Assembly (NCBI GenBank): GCA_964035545.1
Contig: CAXIUT010000057.1
Coordinates: forward strand, 312,139-366,727
From: Bugula neritina
Lineage: Eukaryota > Animalia > Bryozoa
Direction: 5' to 3'
Length of the DNA: 54,589 bases
Within the stretch, counting starts at the first letter, position 1, and every line of letters begins with the position of its first letter. A program made the translations under genes and the position numbers. The notes beneath the pieces were generated by a model, which saw nothing but the letters and a program-made list of their open reading frames with translations, did no database searches and was not told where the DNA came from. Positions 1 to 13,269 of the stretch are shown here, piece by piece.

Positions 1-88
1 CCCAACCCCAACCCCAACCCCAACCCCAACCCCAACCCCAACCCCAACCCCAACCCCAACCCCAACCCCAACCCCAACCACCAACCCC
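1..88 (+). repeat. Left telomere, (CCCCAA)n, with one variant unit near the junction
   Basis: Perfect C4A2 repeats from base 1; ends ...cccaaccaccaacccc before unique sequence. Confidence 0.98.
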
Positions 89-225
89 TAAAGTCAGAAT
101 ATATACTCATCATAAATGCAATTATTATTTTGATCATTTAATTAATATAAAAAATACTATAAACTACCTAATAAAGATATAACTAAAAGTGAATGGGTGT
201 TGACCACATTCCAATGAAATTGATA

Positions 226-670
226 TCATAGATGAAAAACTGACTCCGCAACCGCATCTTCCTTTTAGTTCGGATTATTGAAAACAAATTAGCTGCCTAA
301 TTAATTTACTTCGAATTTCATTTATGTGCCCACGAGAGCCATGGTGGCCTTGCTATCTATGACGACTTTGATTCCTTATTATTCGACTACTTAATCAAAT
401 TTTTTAATTTGGTCGGCTCGGATATATTACATATTATAGGCTAAACCTGAACATCCCTTCTTTGTTAGACTGATCTTCACGCCAACCTTTGTTATTTATT
501 ATGTACTAGCTGCTAAGAAGGATTTTTGGACATTATCTATTGAAGACGATTGACTGCTGAGGGATTCTTGGTTAGGGAGGGTTTACTATTTTCATGAAGG
601 GTTCTTTTAGACGAACTGCGAAGGTGTATTTTAGTTGGGTTGTTAATTGATATGAAATGGTTTTGATCAT
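226..670 (-). CDS. ISCA1: Mitochondrial iron-sulfur cluster assembly protein, IscA/HesB family
   Basis: Translates KKGCSGLAYNM...IKVVIDSKATMALVGTEMKF...FVFNNPNEK(G)RCGCGVSF; about 2-3 single-base indels near the contig end. Confidence 0.85.
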
Positions 671-953
671 TTTGGGGTATGATTATAGTCAGGATTAAAT
701 TATAAATGTTCCCAGATAAAAAGAAAATATTTTTGGAGTCTTTTGTGATTTTATTAAGATGAAAAGTTGTTAAATAGATAAAAGATTTTTTTTATGTTGA
801 TAATAGTAATGATGTTCATATAATATTGATTTACAAATGTTGGATATATGAGCTTTAATAAACTTTAAAGATAAGTATTTAATTATTTAAAATACCAATG
901 ATTTTAGCAATAAAACCTTAATAAAAGTGAATATCTATAAATAAAATATAAGT

Positions 954-1502
954 ATGTCCTACCCTACTATCCTTACTATCCCTACTACTCCCCGTATATC
1001 CTCACTTACTTAGATACTATGCTCCATTGAAGCTGAATCAATCCTTAGACGTTCCGACTTGCAGCTGATCTTGCCGCATCAAGAGCCGCAACTGAAGCTG
1101 CCCTATCCAGATCAAGAGTTTAAGCTCAAGTTGCTACTGAAGCAGCACTCAGAAGATCAAGAGTTTAAGCATAAGTCGCTGCTTAACAAGTTGCCACAGA
1201 AAACGCACTAAGAAGATCAAGATTGGCTGCTGAACTTTCAGCATCCAGGTTGGAGACCGAAGCTGCTTGAGAAGATCAAGAGTAGCAGCCGAGATCGAGG
1301 CCGACAGAGTTGCCACTGAGAGTGCTTTGAGGAGATCAAGAGTTGAAGCTGAACTTGCTGCATCTCGAGTTGCTGCTGAAGATGCCGTTAGAAGATCAAG
1401 AATTGAGGCATCTATTGCTACCGAAAGTGCATGAGAAGATCAAGAGTTGAGGCAGAGATCGAGGCTTCAAGATACAGAAGATTGTATTACCCATACATCT
1501 GA
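954..1502 (+). CDS. Ciliate repeat protein with (E-x-A-L-R-R-S-R-V-E-A-E) repeats and Tyr/Pro-rich termini
   Basis: About 8 copies of AGA AGA TCA AGA GTT; TAA aligns with GAA/GAG between repeats; ends RRLYYPYI-TGA; several 1-nt deletions. Confidence 0.75.
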
Positions 1503-1572
1503 TCGCCATCATTCATTCATATTAATGTTAAAATATGATTAATCAAGTTAGTGTTTTTCAACTTGAAGGAGG

Positions 1573-4500
1573 TCACTTGAGAAACTTCTTGTATTTTTGG
1601 ACAAAACTATTCAGCTTTATCATCTTTCCTTAAATTGAGAATAGATAGATAGTATCTGGCCTCATTGTTATCGCTTCTAACGTTGGCCTAGCTGAAACTT
1701 TCCAATTATTTTTTGATTTCTTCTTCTAGATCTTTCATCATTTTTGAACATGGTTATTCGATATATTATTTAAAACCAATTCCTGAGTGATACATTTTTG
1801 TTTTGCTAGATTGCAGAAATAGTTGAGATCTGATTGAAGGTAGGTTATGATTTGATTTAATTTGATTGGTATTTTGAATTTATTGGTATCAAGTATTTAA
1901 TATCTATAGGATTTGCAAAAACTGATGCAAAAATATTTAGAAAAACTGTCTAGTACTTCAGATGGCATGTTTCTACCTATATTGATAAAAAGCTATTCAA
2001 GTTATGATAGAAATTTAGTAAAAGTAAATTCTGATAATTTGTAATCTTTATCACTAGCAAAGAAACCTTTCTATTATTGGTAGTATAGATTAGCAAATAT
2101 TTTTTTCATAAAATGAAAGACACTGATATTGGCTATTTTAATTATAAGTCTTTCTTATGTTTTGGATATTTGACTGGCAATCGTATGTATATTTCCAAGT
2201 ATCTGTTGATGATGAGGGTGACTAGAAGCTGCTTTTTGCAATTTTTAAAGATTAAAAATAGAACGATGCAGATCTTGGTAGATTTATCGATCAATGAAAT
2301 CCAAATTAGTTCATTTAGTTGATCTTTGATAAATATTAGATTGAAAAGTCTTCTTGTAACTTCTTTATATGAAAATCTTTATTTAGCCATTTATTAATTT
2401 GTTATTGTAATTGGAGATTATAAACGTTTATATTTTAGTGTTAAAATTGGTTATTTATGAGTGTAGTTATTGAGACTATCAGTGAGGAAAACCTATATAT
2501 TTTTATATTTGATCTTTAAGGGCATTATTTAGTTTTAATTTTATAAAATCACTAAATTTTATAGTGAATTATGTTTGTTATTTTTATTATTATAGCTTTT
2601 TAAGAGAAGTAAGTAAAAATTCAAAAGGTTTATACAATAATGAACAAAAATCGATACAATTTTGTGTAGCTTGACTATTCTATTAAACAATCCATAGTTC
2701 TGTCTTCCTAGCATGTTCTAACAACTGATCATACTCTTTTTATGTGGCTGATAAATATCTCTATAGTACTTGAAAAACAAATTATAGGAATTGACTGGTT
2801 GAGGTTGTTGCAAATCTAGTAAAGCAAGACAGATGCCCAATCTAAGGACATATCCTTCTTTATCGACTCCTTATTGGTCGAATAGTAGCTATAGACTACA
2901 AGTAACCAGTTAGAAGATAGGCATGCTGAACTATTTTTTCATTTTTTTCAAGATAACTTCATAACCCACACCCAACAACTTCGACAACTAATGCGCAATC
3001 GGTTCTAGATACATAGTATTGATTTGTTAGAATTAAAGTTGTTCTAGTATTTACGTTAGATTTTTCAATCTTTCTTAACTTTTCCAAAACCCTTTCAAAA
3101 CCTTTTGATCTTAATCGAGTTCTTAAAAGAAATTGAAGCCGGCTATCTTGATGCAGGCGTGCATATGCTAAAATGAGGTAAAATAATTTTTAGGTAGGAC
3201 GTTTTGAATGACCAGTGACATTTTTATTAAATTGGAGAAGGAGATGTTGCATTTATAGAATGTGCTCATTTTTTATGTGAGGAAATGGATCATTTTGTGG
3301 CATATGTGCATTTTTAATTATTAGGTTTGGGAAAATTCATCGTTGTAGTCGAATTTTGCTTATAAGATCTATTATATGGTCTAGGGGTTGGATGAGGAGG
3401 TGACAGTCAATACTCTTTGCAATTTACGAAGCAAAAGACTGACGACCATGGTGGTTGGGATATCGAATATATCTTTTGAAAAAGGAATTAGCAATTTTAT
3501 GATATCTATGTACTAGTCATAGAGAATGGAGTAGTTTTGGTTAAGAATAATAAGAGATTCGAGTATGATATCGATTAATACTAAACTGATTTTCCAGTGT
3601 ATGGGATGCATCAGCTAGCCTTATATTTTAGTTTATGTTTTAGATGATAATAATTTTTACAGTTATGCTATTCTTAGCGTTCCTTAGTATACTTGTGACA
3701 GTTGCACAATAAACCACAATACATATCTATGATTATTTTAACATTTATTCATAAATTATTGGATAAATTCTTTACTATTTTTGGTTTTAGGAACTTGTAT
3801 GTGTCTGACTTTCAAATTGACTTTGACAATGGTTAGTAAAGACTGTGCCTACTCTTGACTGGAATCGTTGTAGTAGCTATATAACCAGCCAAAGGCTATT
3901 TATTTTAATGCTTCTGTTTGAATCTAACGACTGAAGTGTTTATAGTTAGGAAGTGCTCGTTTGTCGAAGATACCTATCAGGTAATCTTCTTCTTAAGGGT
4001 AGTTTAGTTATTAAGGTACTGTATTGTATTTTTATTGTAGTTGATGCATTTTCGAAAGAGATTATTAAAATTTTCTAGCTTTTTACCGATGAATAATAGA
4101 TTCTTTAAGAGATTATCTATGCACAGATATTATTTATCAATTTATCTGTTTTTGGCTACCATGACTTCCCCTCCATATCCATTATACTGTTCAACTATCT
4201 CCTGTTAGATATCTTCTAGATGGTTGACTTTGACATGAATATCGAATTGAGCCATTTTGAGGTTATAGACAGTCGACAGCTCTATTTTCTTTTAGGCTAT
4301 TCTACATTTAAATGATTTGATACTTTTTGGAAAGAGAGAAGTAAATAACAACCTGTTCTTTCAATTTTTGAGTTCTAGTGATTTAATCTTACATATACTA
4401 GTCTAGAGATTTATGTAACATCTGGCATATCTATTTTATTTTGTATTTATTTTATCTCGATCTCTGGTTCCTTTGATCTTATCATGTTATTCTTATGTTT

Positions 4501-4886
4501 TCTATATTTTTTGTTTAATAAATATTTATTTTCTTTTCTTTGAAGATAGGTATTATTCTTTGCAATATTCTCCTATTTATTTTAACCGCTATCCAAAATT
4601 ATTATGCAGTTGACTTGTTTTTTCTATATTGCTGCATATATCTCTAACTCCTTGGATTATCGAAGGTTGTTCTTTGGAAAAATCAGGGATGCAGGCAGTG
4701 ACTACATGGGTTGGTGATTACTTGTTTGGGATTGGTATAAGATGGAATTCGAGTATGTTTTTTCTATGTCTGAGTAGTTTTGAAGAACTGTGCGAGTCCT
4801 TTGTAGGTGGCTTTGTGATGGTGGTAGACTTTATCAAAAAATTTAGACACTTTCTAGAAACGTTCAAGAAAGGTTGTTTTACTCAT
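1573..4886 (-). CDS. Large hypothetical protein, probably alpha-helical/ARM-like
   Basis: Long TGA-free stretches on the minus strand under TAR=Glu; no motif recognised; could be two genes. Confidence 0.45.
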
Positions 4887-4949
4887 AATTATCAATTATA
4901 AGATTTGATTCAAATATATACTCTATAAACTATAATTTTCATTATTAAA

Positions 4950-6111
4950 TCATTGTTATTTATTGTAACTTCCTCTCTCTTCTCGATAGAGTTGTTAAAA
5001 ACTGAAAAGAGGTGATTTGATATCATTATCGTCTTTATCTTTTATTTTAGTGCCAATAATTAAATTCTTCAAAAGCCTACTTTGTCTAATTTCTAACAAT
5101 TTTATCTTTTGATGGTACACTTCTTGGATTAGAAACTAGCGCAGCTATCAGTTGAAAAAGATGGTCTGATTGATGGTTTATAGCTAGATTGGTTCTTGGT
5201 GCTAGCTAAATCATCAATAGAATTTTAAATATAGACGTTATCGAGGAAATACTATACTTTTAGATCTCCTATCCTACATTTATACTGATTTCTTAGCCAG
5301 AAATCAATAGTAGCAGTTTATCCGCTGGTTATTTTATCAATTATAAAGAAAATCGTTTTGAGAGTTTGTTTTTTTAGTTGAATTTACATAACGAAAATAT
5401 CTGATTTTTTTACAGGGTTTTTAAGGTTAGGATAAACAAGACGGGATTTGTTATTTATGGTTAGCTTTTTATCATAGATTTTTATTAGTTGAGAAAGATT
5501 TTTAATGAACACTTTTATTAATTCTATAGAAAATCTAAGGTCACTTTTTGCAGATATATATAATGTTCTTAAACTTCATTTTTATTACCAAGTACAGCCT
5601 AGCAGTAGAGCCATCCTTTAACGATTCCATCGTAAGTGAGACACTATAATAAATAATGAAATACAAATTTGAGTTAATTAGATAAAAAAAGAAGACATCT
5701 TTTGGATATCGATGGATGTTTCACAGAGGACGGAGTTAATTGATTTTATCCAAGGATTGTATATTATAGTTAGATTGGTTTGGATGAGGTGAGAGAGAGG
5801 TTTATTTGCTATGGTGTTTACCATCTTTGGCAAAACTAGTTCCATCTGATGTTTGAGTGTTTTGATATTTTTTTGTCTGAGCAGATCTTTAAAGAGAGGT
5901 TGAGGTCTGGTGACAATTTTTAGTCAAAGATTATGCGAAGGTGTTTTAGGGTCAGGTTGTGGTGCATTTGCTTTCGAATATATAATAGAAAAGAGAGCCA
6001 AAGGTATACAATATATTCCAACTTTAATAGAAGATTAAATATGGTAATAAAAACATTAACTCAGTACCCAAGTAAAAAATATCAAAAACAAAATAAAACA
6101 CTAAAACCACA
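4950..6111 (-). CDS. Hypothetical protein
   Basis: Coding-like minus-strand frames between AT-rich spacers; boundaries uncertain. Confidence 0.3.
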
Positions 6112-6248
6112 TTTACTTAACTTTCAATTTTATGTTTTTCTTTTAACTATTATTTTGAATGATAACAAATGATCATATCTATTTAATTGAAAAACCAATA
6201 TATCAAAAAATCAATTACGAGTAGCTCTCGTTTTGATATAAATTGTTA

Positions 6249-6888
6249 TTCACTTTACTAGCATCCTGGAATGGTGCTTAATTTTTATTCTTATTGATTG
6301 AATAATAATTTTTATCTTTTTTGGTATTATGTAAAGGAAAAAACACCCTTTTTTAATGCTACTTTACATGAATTTGTTCTATCTCGCCCATTTAACCTAT
6401 TTCTATATCTTTGTATTGAATTATAACTCTCAAAATTGATAGTATCGCCCAGAAATTCTTACTTCTTGAATTCTATAGTTTGTCTTGATAGTTCTATGCT
6501 CCTTCAAATTGATTTTTTATAGTTTTATTGTTTTTGTTTGAATGGTTTTCCCTAAATTGGTCTCATTTGTGTTAGTAGTTAGTAGATGTTTGGAGTGAGA
6601 TCGAGGTTTGGCTGCCCATGGTCTTACTATTTTTTGTTTTGTTATACGTTCTATTCAGTATTTATTATATTTTTATCATTTCTGTCGCTAAGAGGACCTT
6701 TGTTTTTGTTTGTTTTTTAACATTCCAGCTATACTTTGGTTTTATCTATCGATCAGGCAATCATCGTGTAGATGATTTTCGTTGTTAATCGATGGAAAAA
6801 TACTTCTCTTCATGTTCGTGTTGACAGACTTGATCTAAATTTTGTTTATGTGGTTGTTGGTTGACAACTTCAAAGGTACAGTATTCAT
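6249..6888 (-). CDS. Hypothetical low-complexity protein
   Basis: Minus-strand open stretches starting MNTVPLKLSTNNH; frame breaks present. Confidence 0.3.
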
Positions 6889-6964
6889 GTTTCGATTAGA
6901 AGCAATATAGAATATAAATAAAAATATCGTTAATCTTACTTTTTATTCAATATAATCTCATCAA

Positions 6965-7743
6965 TCACTGCTTCATAAAAGGATTCACCCTTCCTGGGCA
7001 CGAGGTGTAGACGGCTAAACTTGTCTAAGGAAGAAGTTCACTACTGGCACTCATGCCCATGCCCATTCCCAATTGACCTCCGTAATTATACATCATTTCT
7101 ATGCTAAGAATATTGGTACCTTCACTCATTCTGTTGTATTGCTGCTGCTACATTGGTCTGGGCATGTTGGGGCGGTCTAAAAAATTGTTATTTTAGTTAT
7201 TAGTATTCTTTTTGACTGTAGGCGTTGTAGTTAAGCATGCCCATTTCCGCCTTGGTATTGCTGTTGGCCGATTTGGCTTTGTGATTTTTGGGTTGGGAGG
7301 CCGTAGTTGCCTGTCATGGGATGTTGTGGTTCGTTTCTATACATTTGAGGGGATGGTGAGGAGGCGGTTGTTGGGGAGGTTGTTTGTAGAAATTTCGTTA
7401 TGTTCTGTAGTTTCCTCTGACTTGTTGAGGGTTTGAGAATGGAGATTGATGTGGGTAGTTTTGAGTTTGCATCATGTTGTGTCTTAATCCTCTGAGTAAT
7501 GATATGGATACTAATCTAGATTGGTTTTAAAATGATTTTTAGGTTTTTATTGATGAACAGGAGGCAATTTTTATACAGATTTAGGTCTTTAAATAACAGC
7601 AGGCATACTGTTATCTTCTATGAATCTAACTTAAGTAGAATATACCTATTATCAAACTCTGACACTTTACTAAGAAATTCTTGTTTAGACTGAGTATGTT
7701 TAATCGTATTTAGAAAGGTTTAGACCATTTAGTATCTCTGCAT
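6965..7743 (-). CDS. Hypothetical Q/P/N-rich protein with one 20-nt intron
   Basis: MQRYEMVETFLNTIKHTQSKQEF...; intron gtatattctacttaagttag; QPPQQPPPHH-type low complexity. Confidence 0.45.
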
Positions 7744-7931
7744 ATCGTTCCCTTCATCATTTTGAATATTATTATTTTGAATTATAAAATTAGAGAATTA
7801 TCAACCAATGAACTTCATCATTATTTTTTATTATGTATTTGACGAATAGTATCAAAAAGGGGTGTGTTTTTATTAAAGGTAATTTATTGATTTATTATTA
7901 TTTGTTGATAATATTTAAAGCCACAAAGTCA

Positions 7932-8243
7932 ATGGTACGATATTTGTTATTCAGCCTAAAGAAGTGACCCACGCTAAATAGTTCCTTAACCTCCTCAAGG
8001 AAAGCAAGAGTTCTGATAAGTCCAAATCGAAATCAAAGAAGGTAATTCTTTGCTAATATAGCTGTATTGATCAAGAAGAATGCTAAAGTTACCAAATTCA
8101 AAATCAGAAAAGGAAAATACTTCTACACATTCAAGGCCGATAAGCCCAACGTCATCCAAGCCATCCAAAACGGACTCGGAAAAGATGTCGAAAAAGTAGA
8201 AATCAAAAAGAGAAGAATTGTCGCCAAAAAAGGAAAAAAATGA
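7932..8243 (+). CDS. RPL38: 60S ribosomal protein L38 (eL38)
   Basis: M|PKEVTHAKEFL...VLIKKNAKVTKFKIRKGKYFYTFK; 20-nt introns 7935-7954 and 8042-8061; one base missing near intron 2. Confidence 0.92.
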
Positions 8244-8368
8244 TCGATACCTATTTAAACATCATTATCATCCTTATCATCATCCTTATCATCAATAGCA
8301 TCTCACTCATACCTTTCTATCGCTATTTAATATTGAACTATTCGATAAGACTTGATTTATGATGTAAA

Positions 8369-8912
8369 TCAGGACGAATAAACTTTCTCAACTCCACTTA
8401 GTCCTCCAATTATCAGCAAAACGTTAAAGAAACTCATAACTATCTTAATACTAAGTTACGTATCCATACAACTCGAGTTCCTTTGGTTCTAGGCCCATTT
8501 CCAGGTTCGGGATCTTTAATGCAAATGTTCAAAAACAATCATAGCTATGAAGCAAGCGAAGTGCAGGAATCCAATAACGATGGCAAAGTTGTAGGGAATA
8601 TAGAGAATGATGGGTCCAATGGCTCCTAGATGGAAAGCAAAGATAATTGGAAAGTAGACATTAAATGCTTTTTGATCCCATTTCTATAATAAGCTATCAA
8701 TTACTTTGCTTCAGATGCCTATTCTTCTCCATCTTTTTTCTCGCTTTTGTTTTCAACCGCGTCTCCATTCTATTCATCATATCCCCACTTGATATAGTGA
8801 ACGATTCTGAGTATCATGAAGATGAAGAGCATGAGGGCTACTTCTGCTAGAGGACTCCTTGATAGTAGCCTAGATCTGAGAGGGAATTATTGAAGGCTGC
8901 AGGCAATGCCAT
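8369..8912 (-). CDS. Hypothetical small multi-pass membrane protein
   Basis: Hydrophobic segments VALMLFIFMILRIVHY, VYFPIIFAFHLGAIGPIILY, FAIVIGFLHFACFIAMIV. Confidence 0.5.
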
Positions 8913-9031
8913 TTGAATTATTTAATCTTTATTTGAATAAAGTGTGATAATCAATCTTCATAAAATATATAAGTTGAAAGTTCCATTAGTAATAAACAAT
9001 AAATCACCTAATAATTAAATTAAATAATAAC

Positions 9032-10505
9032 ATGTATAATCAGACGAAGTAAGTATTGTTTAGCGCTCCAACTCAAACTAAATATTCACTTCGACAGCAT
9101 CATATGCAACTGAAAAACAATAAAGATCTATCTTATCAAAATCATAATAACCGTCAAACGAAAATATATCCGATCAATACTACCATTAACTATCAAAATA
9201 CAAAAAATCATTTTCAAATACAAGAGCATTCGTATTTACCAGCTAGACAAGATAAAATTATAAATAATGGGAGATAATTTAGACCACTGACATTGCAAAA
9301 TTGTCTAGGAACGCCTTCAACTACTCAATCAGTAGAATATCAGATAAATAAACCTATTCAAAGAACAATTCAATTTAATTAAGGGGAAATTAAATATTCT
9401 CTTAAATCAACCAATAAAAATAGCAGTCAAAATTCAAATTCAAGAATATAATATTCTAGCTATCAAATATCTAATGGCTAGTAAAGATTTACTACTTAAA
9501 TCAATACTCCTAAGCATAGATATTCTGATAAAATGGATTAAAGAAACTCCTAAAATGGAAATAATAAATATTCTCTTAGAACTAAACTCAAAAAAAATAA
9601 AAAAGATTAAATACTCATCAGTCTTAAGTACTAGATCTCAATTGTCCGATCAGTACTATGAGATCATCCAAAAAGGAGCATCATGTCTTTTTTCATCAAC
9701 CTCAATCTCATAAAAATCAATTTATTTGCAATCAGGCTAAACAAAGTTAAGAATAGGGTTGTCGTTGTCAACCAAAATGTTTATGGATGAATCGATGGAT
9801 ATCTTCAATAAAAGGTTTTAGATATAGTTAAATTTATCAAAAAAGAAATAGCCATGAATGGTAAGCCATCATAAAACAAATCGATAGAGATATTCCTAGA
9901 ACTCAACCGAACCATCCTTCTTTTAGATTTCCAAGAATGCTTTAAAAACTAAAACAATCGCTAGTTGAATATGCTCAACAAGATCTAGAAGTAGGCTATG
10001 TGCAAGGAATGAACTTTGTGGCTGCTTGCATAGTATATCATTCGTACAATTCGCAATAGGCTTCAAAAATGATGCACTATATCATGAAATCTGGATATTC
10101 GTAAGTTGTTTCTTGATGATTTGTCTTATGGAAGAATGTTAGCTTCAAGATTGATACAAGATATGCGGAGACTTGTCTTTGATCTTTACACTCATCTGGT
10201 TGATTAAGGCATTGATTTGGAAATGTTTGCTTCTAGTTGGTACTTTTCTCTTTGCGGAAGTTTTGTTCCTCTTGAAGCTATGCATCTATTTATTGATAAA
10301 TTTATCAGACAAGGATTTGCAGGAATAAATTAGTTGTTATTGACTTTAATTCTTAAAAAAAGAGATCATCTAATGGAACTGTATGATAGTCAATTGATGA
10401 TGTGTTTTTCTAATCAGAAGTTATGTGGAATATGGATAGACAGTCGATTGGGTGGATCTTTACTAAAAATCTGATCGGTTGATGTTAGATCAAATAGATC
10501 AATGA
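9032..10505 (+). CDS. Rab GTPase-activating protein (TBC domain)
   Basis: QIDRDIPRT (R finger), VGYVQGMNFVAA (Q finger), MFASSWYFSL; about three +1 frame breaks. Confidence 0.85.
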
Positions 10506-10512
10506 CAGAGAG

Positions 10513-10962
10513 TCATAAATAATCATTTTTATATCTTTTATTTATCTACACTAGTGTTTTATCTAAATTTTATAAAGCCTATTCAGTTCCTTTTTCAATA
10601 CTGCTTAATCTATTGTTAAGTTTTGTTTATTTTTATGCTGATTAGTGACTGGCTTTCCATAATTAAAAGGTCGGGAGTCCAAGTACTATACAATAAAAGA
10701 GGATTTAGTAGAAAAATTAGATGCCTTTTTCCAGTGCTAGTTCATCGCTGAGAGGTTTATATGCAAATTGAGAGTGAATTTTGAGAAATTTGCGATTTAT
10801 CATGGAATCGAATCGATGGTAAGAGTTTCCCATTGATATAAAAAACCGACGGATATATAGAGATCGAGCCTAGCGACTAGAATGCACTCTTTTGGTGTAA
10901 TTGAGTAGTGGTTTTGAGAACACTCTTAGCAACAAAGAAAATGCTTTGTAAAATGGAATCAT
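10513..10962 (-). CDS. OPA3: OPA3-like mitochondrial protein (149 aa)
   Basis: MIPFYKAFSLLLRVFSKPLLN...KPLSDELALEKGIEFFYEILFY followed by a coiled coil; intact 450-nt ORF. Confidence 0.85.
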
Positions 10963-11022
10963 AATAATAACCTTATTTAACTATATCAATAATTATAAAT
11001 TCTAACTCATACCTCTATTATA

Positions 11023-12343
11023 TCATTGATAGCGATCGTTATCAGTCTTTCGAGTTTGTACCAAATTGAGGCTTCTCTTTAACTGATTTAATTCATTGTT
11101 ATCGGATGGGGGGTCATATGTGGGCATAATTTGAGGATAGTGATTGTATCCCATTTGTCCGTAGGAATAGGGAAAGGGGATAGCATTGCTCATGTTACTC
11201 ATATAGTAGTTGTCGGAATATTGTTGTTGTTGGGCTTGAGAATAATCTACTAGACAGTATTGATAAGGAGATATGGTGGGATTTCTGTAGCAGGTTTAAT
11301 TGAATCTATGCATTTGAAGGCTTGTTCGATTAGAATGTTCTAAACATCGTTTGAAAGATAGTTATATTTAAAACTTTTGAGGTTATTCGATCAGAGGTTA
11401 CTTGGTTTATCGGTTAATAGTGAAACAAAGGTTATTTATTTATGCTTTGTCCCATAGATTGAATCTTGTTTTGCTTAGAATTTTTTATGATTTTCTTTTA
11501 TGAGTATTTATCATGTTATGATAAATCAGACAACTTGTTTCTTATTGGATATATTTACTCTTGACTATATTCAGATAGAGGCCTAATAGATGGATTACTC
11601 AGAATTCCTGAGGTGAGACTTGGTCCTGTAAGAAATGGGCTGGTTGAATCCTTTTATTTTCTTTTTGTACTAACTTTTAGTACCAAGGTCTTCATTTTAT
11701 TATTTTTTCTTCTCTAGGCAGATTCAATAGCTTATAGTATGTTATTTTCGATTAGTACTCCAAGAAAGTAGAGAGATCTGTATATTTTTTGTTCTATTCT
11801 TTAGACAGGGTTAGATTTTCCTTTTTCTTAGTTTTTGTTCCACTGTGTAAGGAAAAGATCATAAAAAGTTTTTCTTTAAGATGTTTCAATTATGATTTTT
11901 TATCCAGCACAATCACTGAGATCAGAATATATAACTCTTAAATGTTTGAAAAAACTCATTAACTTATCTCTATTTATGTTGAGATGTCTTTTCTCAGAAC
12001 CTTAGATCATTAGTAAACTGCATAATTATCTAATTGGATATTATTTTGATAATGCTTTTAGTTCAAAAGTATCTAGCTTTAGTTTGTTGCTTCTAGTGTG
12101 AATCTGTTGGAGAGGTTCTTTACTTTCTGTTGATAGTTTGTCCACCAGTTCAGTGGCTACAAGTTGATTAAGGAGAATCTTAAATGAGAGGTAGAAAGGT
12201 GATGGTGAAGTAGGGTTTGTCTTTATATTACTTTTGATTAAAGTATGCGACTACTCTTTATAGGTAACACTGATGACTCTTAGTTTTTTTCCTTTGTATA
12301 ATATTTTTTTTAACTAATTTGCCTCGATTTTTCTTTTGTTCAT
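11023..12343 (-). CDS. Hypothetical protein with Tyr/Pro/Gln-rich C-terminus
   Basis: Long minus-strand ORF from MNKRKIEANEL to ...TDNDRYQ-TGA. Confidence 0.5.
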
Positions 12344-12507
12344 GTAAACATTATAACTAATGACTAGTAATGCTCAATTTTATTCAGATTGCAATAAGAT
12401 CTCAAATCAGAAACACATTCTTTACTTTTATATAAATCAATAAATATATTAAAAAATAGTAAAATTATTTAGATTGTATTTTATTATTATTTTAAGATAA
12501 AAATCTT

Positions 12508-13239
12508 ATGTCAAAACTAATATGGGATGAATTTCGCTAGTAGAGTTCAAAATATAAAATGATAAAAAACTAAGAACTAAATATTGAAAATAAGGTTAAG
12601 AAAATCAACTATTTTTGGTAGATGCCTTATTAAAGATTTATTAACTCTTTATCTTGTCAATTTACTATTAGATATAGACTATAATAGTTTTTCTTCGTTA
12701 ACTTGATCAGCAAAAACTTCTCATTAAATCAATAGCCTACTCATAATTCGACTCTAATAATTTTGGTGATAGTTGTTAGATAATACCTAATGATATTCTA
12801 AAAATAGCTAGCTCTTAATAGAACAAAATATGATCCCAAAATTTTAAAGTGGTTTCAAAGGAGAAACCTCGGCTAAAGAACGTAAATAGCCATTCTACTA
12901 GATATATCTAGGACTGTAGAGATATTTTTTTCATCTTTAGTGTAATACTGAATCAAAATTCAAAATAATAAGTTAAAATCCACGACATACAGTTGTTAAA
13001 AATTCCTACTAAAGACTAAAAAGTTTTCTGAAAAAGGTATTTCCAATAATTAGGTTACAGAATACTTGAAAAGCTTTGATTTTTCCTAGAAGGTATAAGT
13101 ATGATAACTGGGTAAGTCATTCCTTGGATATAACTGATATCTGGTCGATACATATGAAAAACTTAAAGAAACTAGATTACTTAATCAAGCAGACCTATTT
13201 TAATTTGGTATTAAGTTTTTCCATAAAATGATCTTTTGA
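12508..13239 (+). CDS. Hypothetical protein
   Basis: MSKLIWDEFREESSKYKM...; coding-like under TAR=Glu with a frame break. Confidence 0.35.
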
Positions 13240-13269
13240 GATCTTGATCTATCTGTTTTGTGACTTTAT

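Noticed and set aside
8258-8302. Short (ATC/ATCCTT) tandem repeat after RPL38
   Set aside because: A simple microsatellite-like 3' UTR sequence with no spacer structure and no second copy
9590-10440. TBC gene as a pseudogene or programmed +1 frameshift gene
   Set aside because: The catalytic R and Q fingers are intact, the breaks fall in or near homopolymers with no common motif, and similar indels occur in essential genes (ISCA1, RPL38), which points to consensus error
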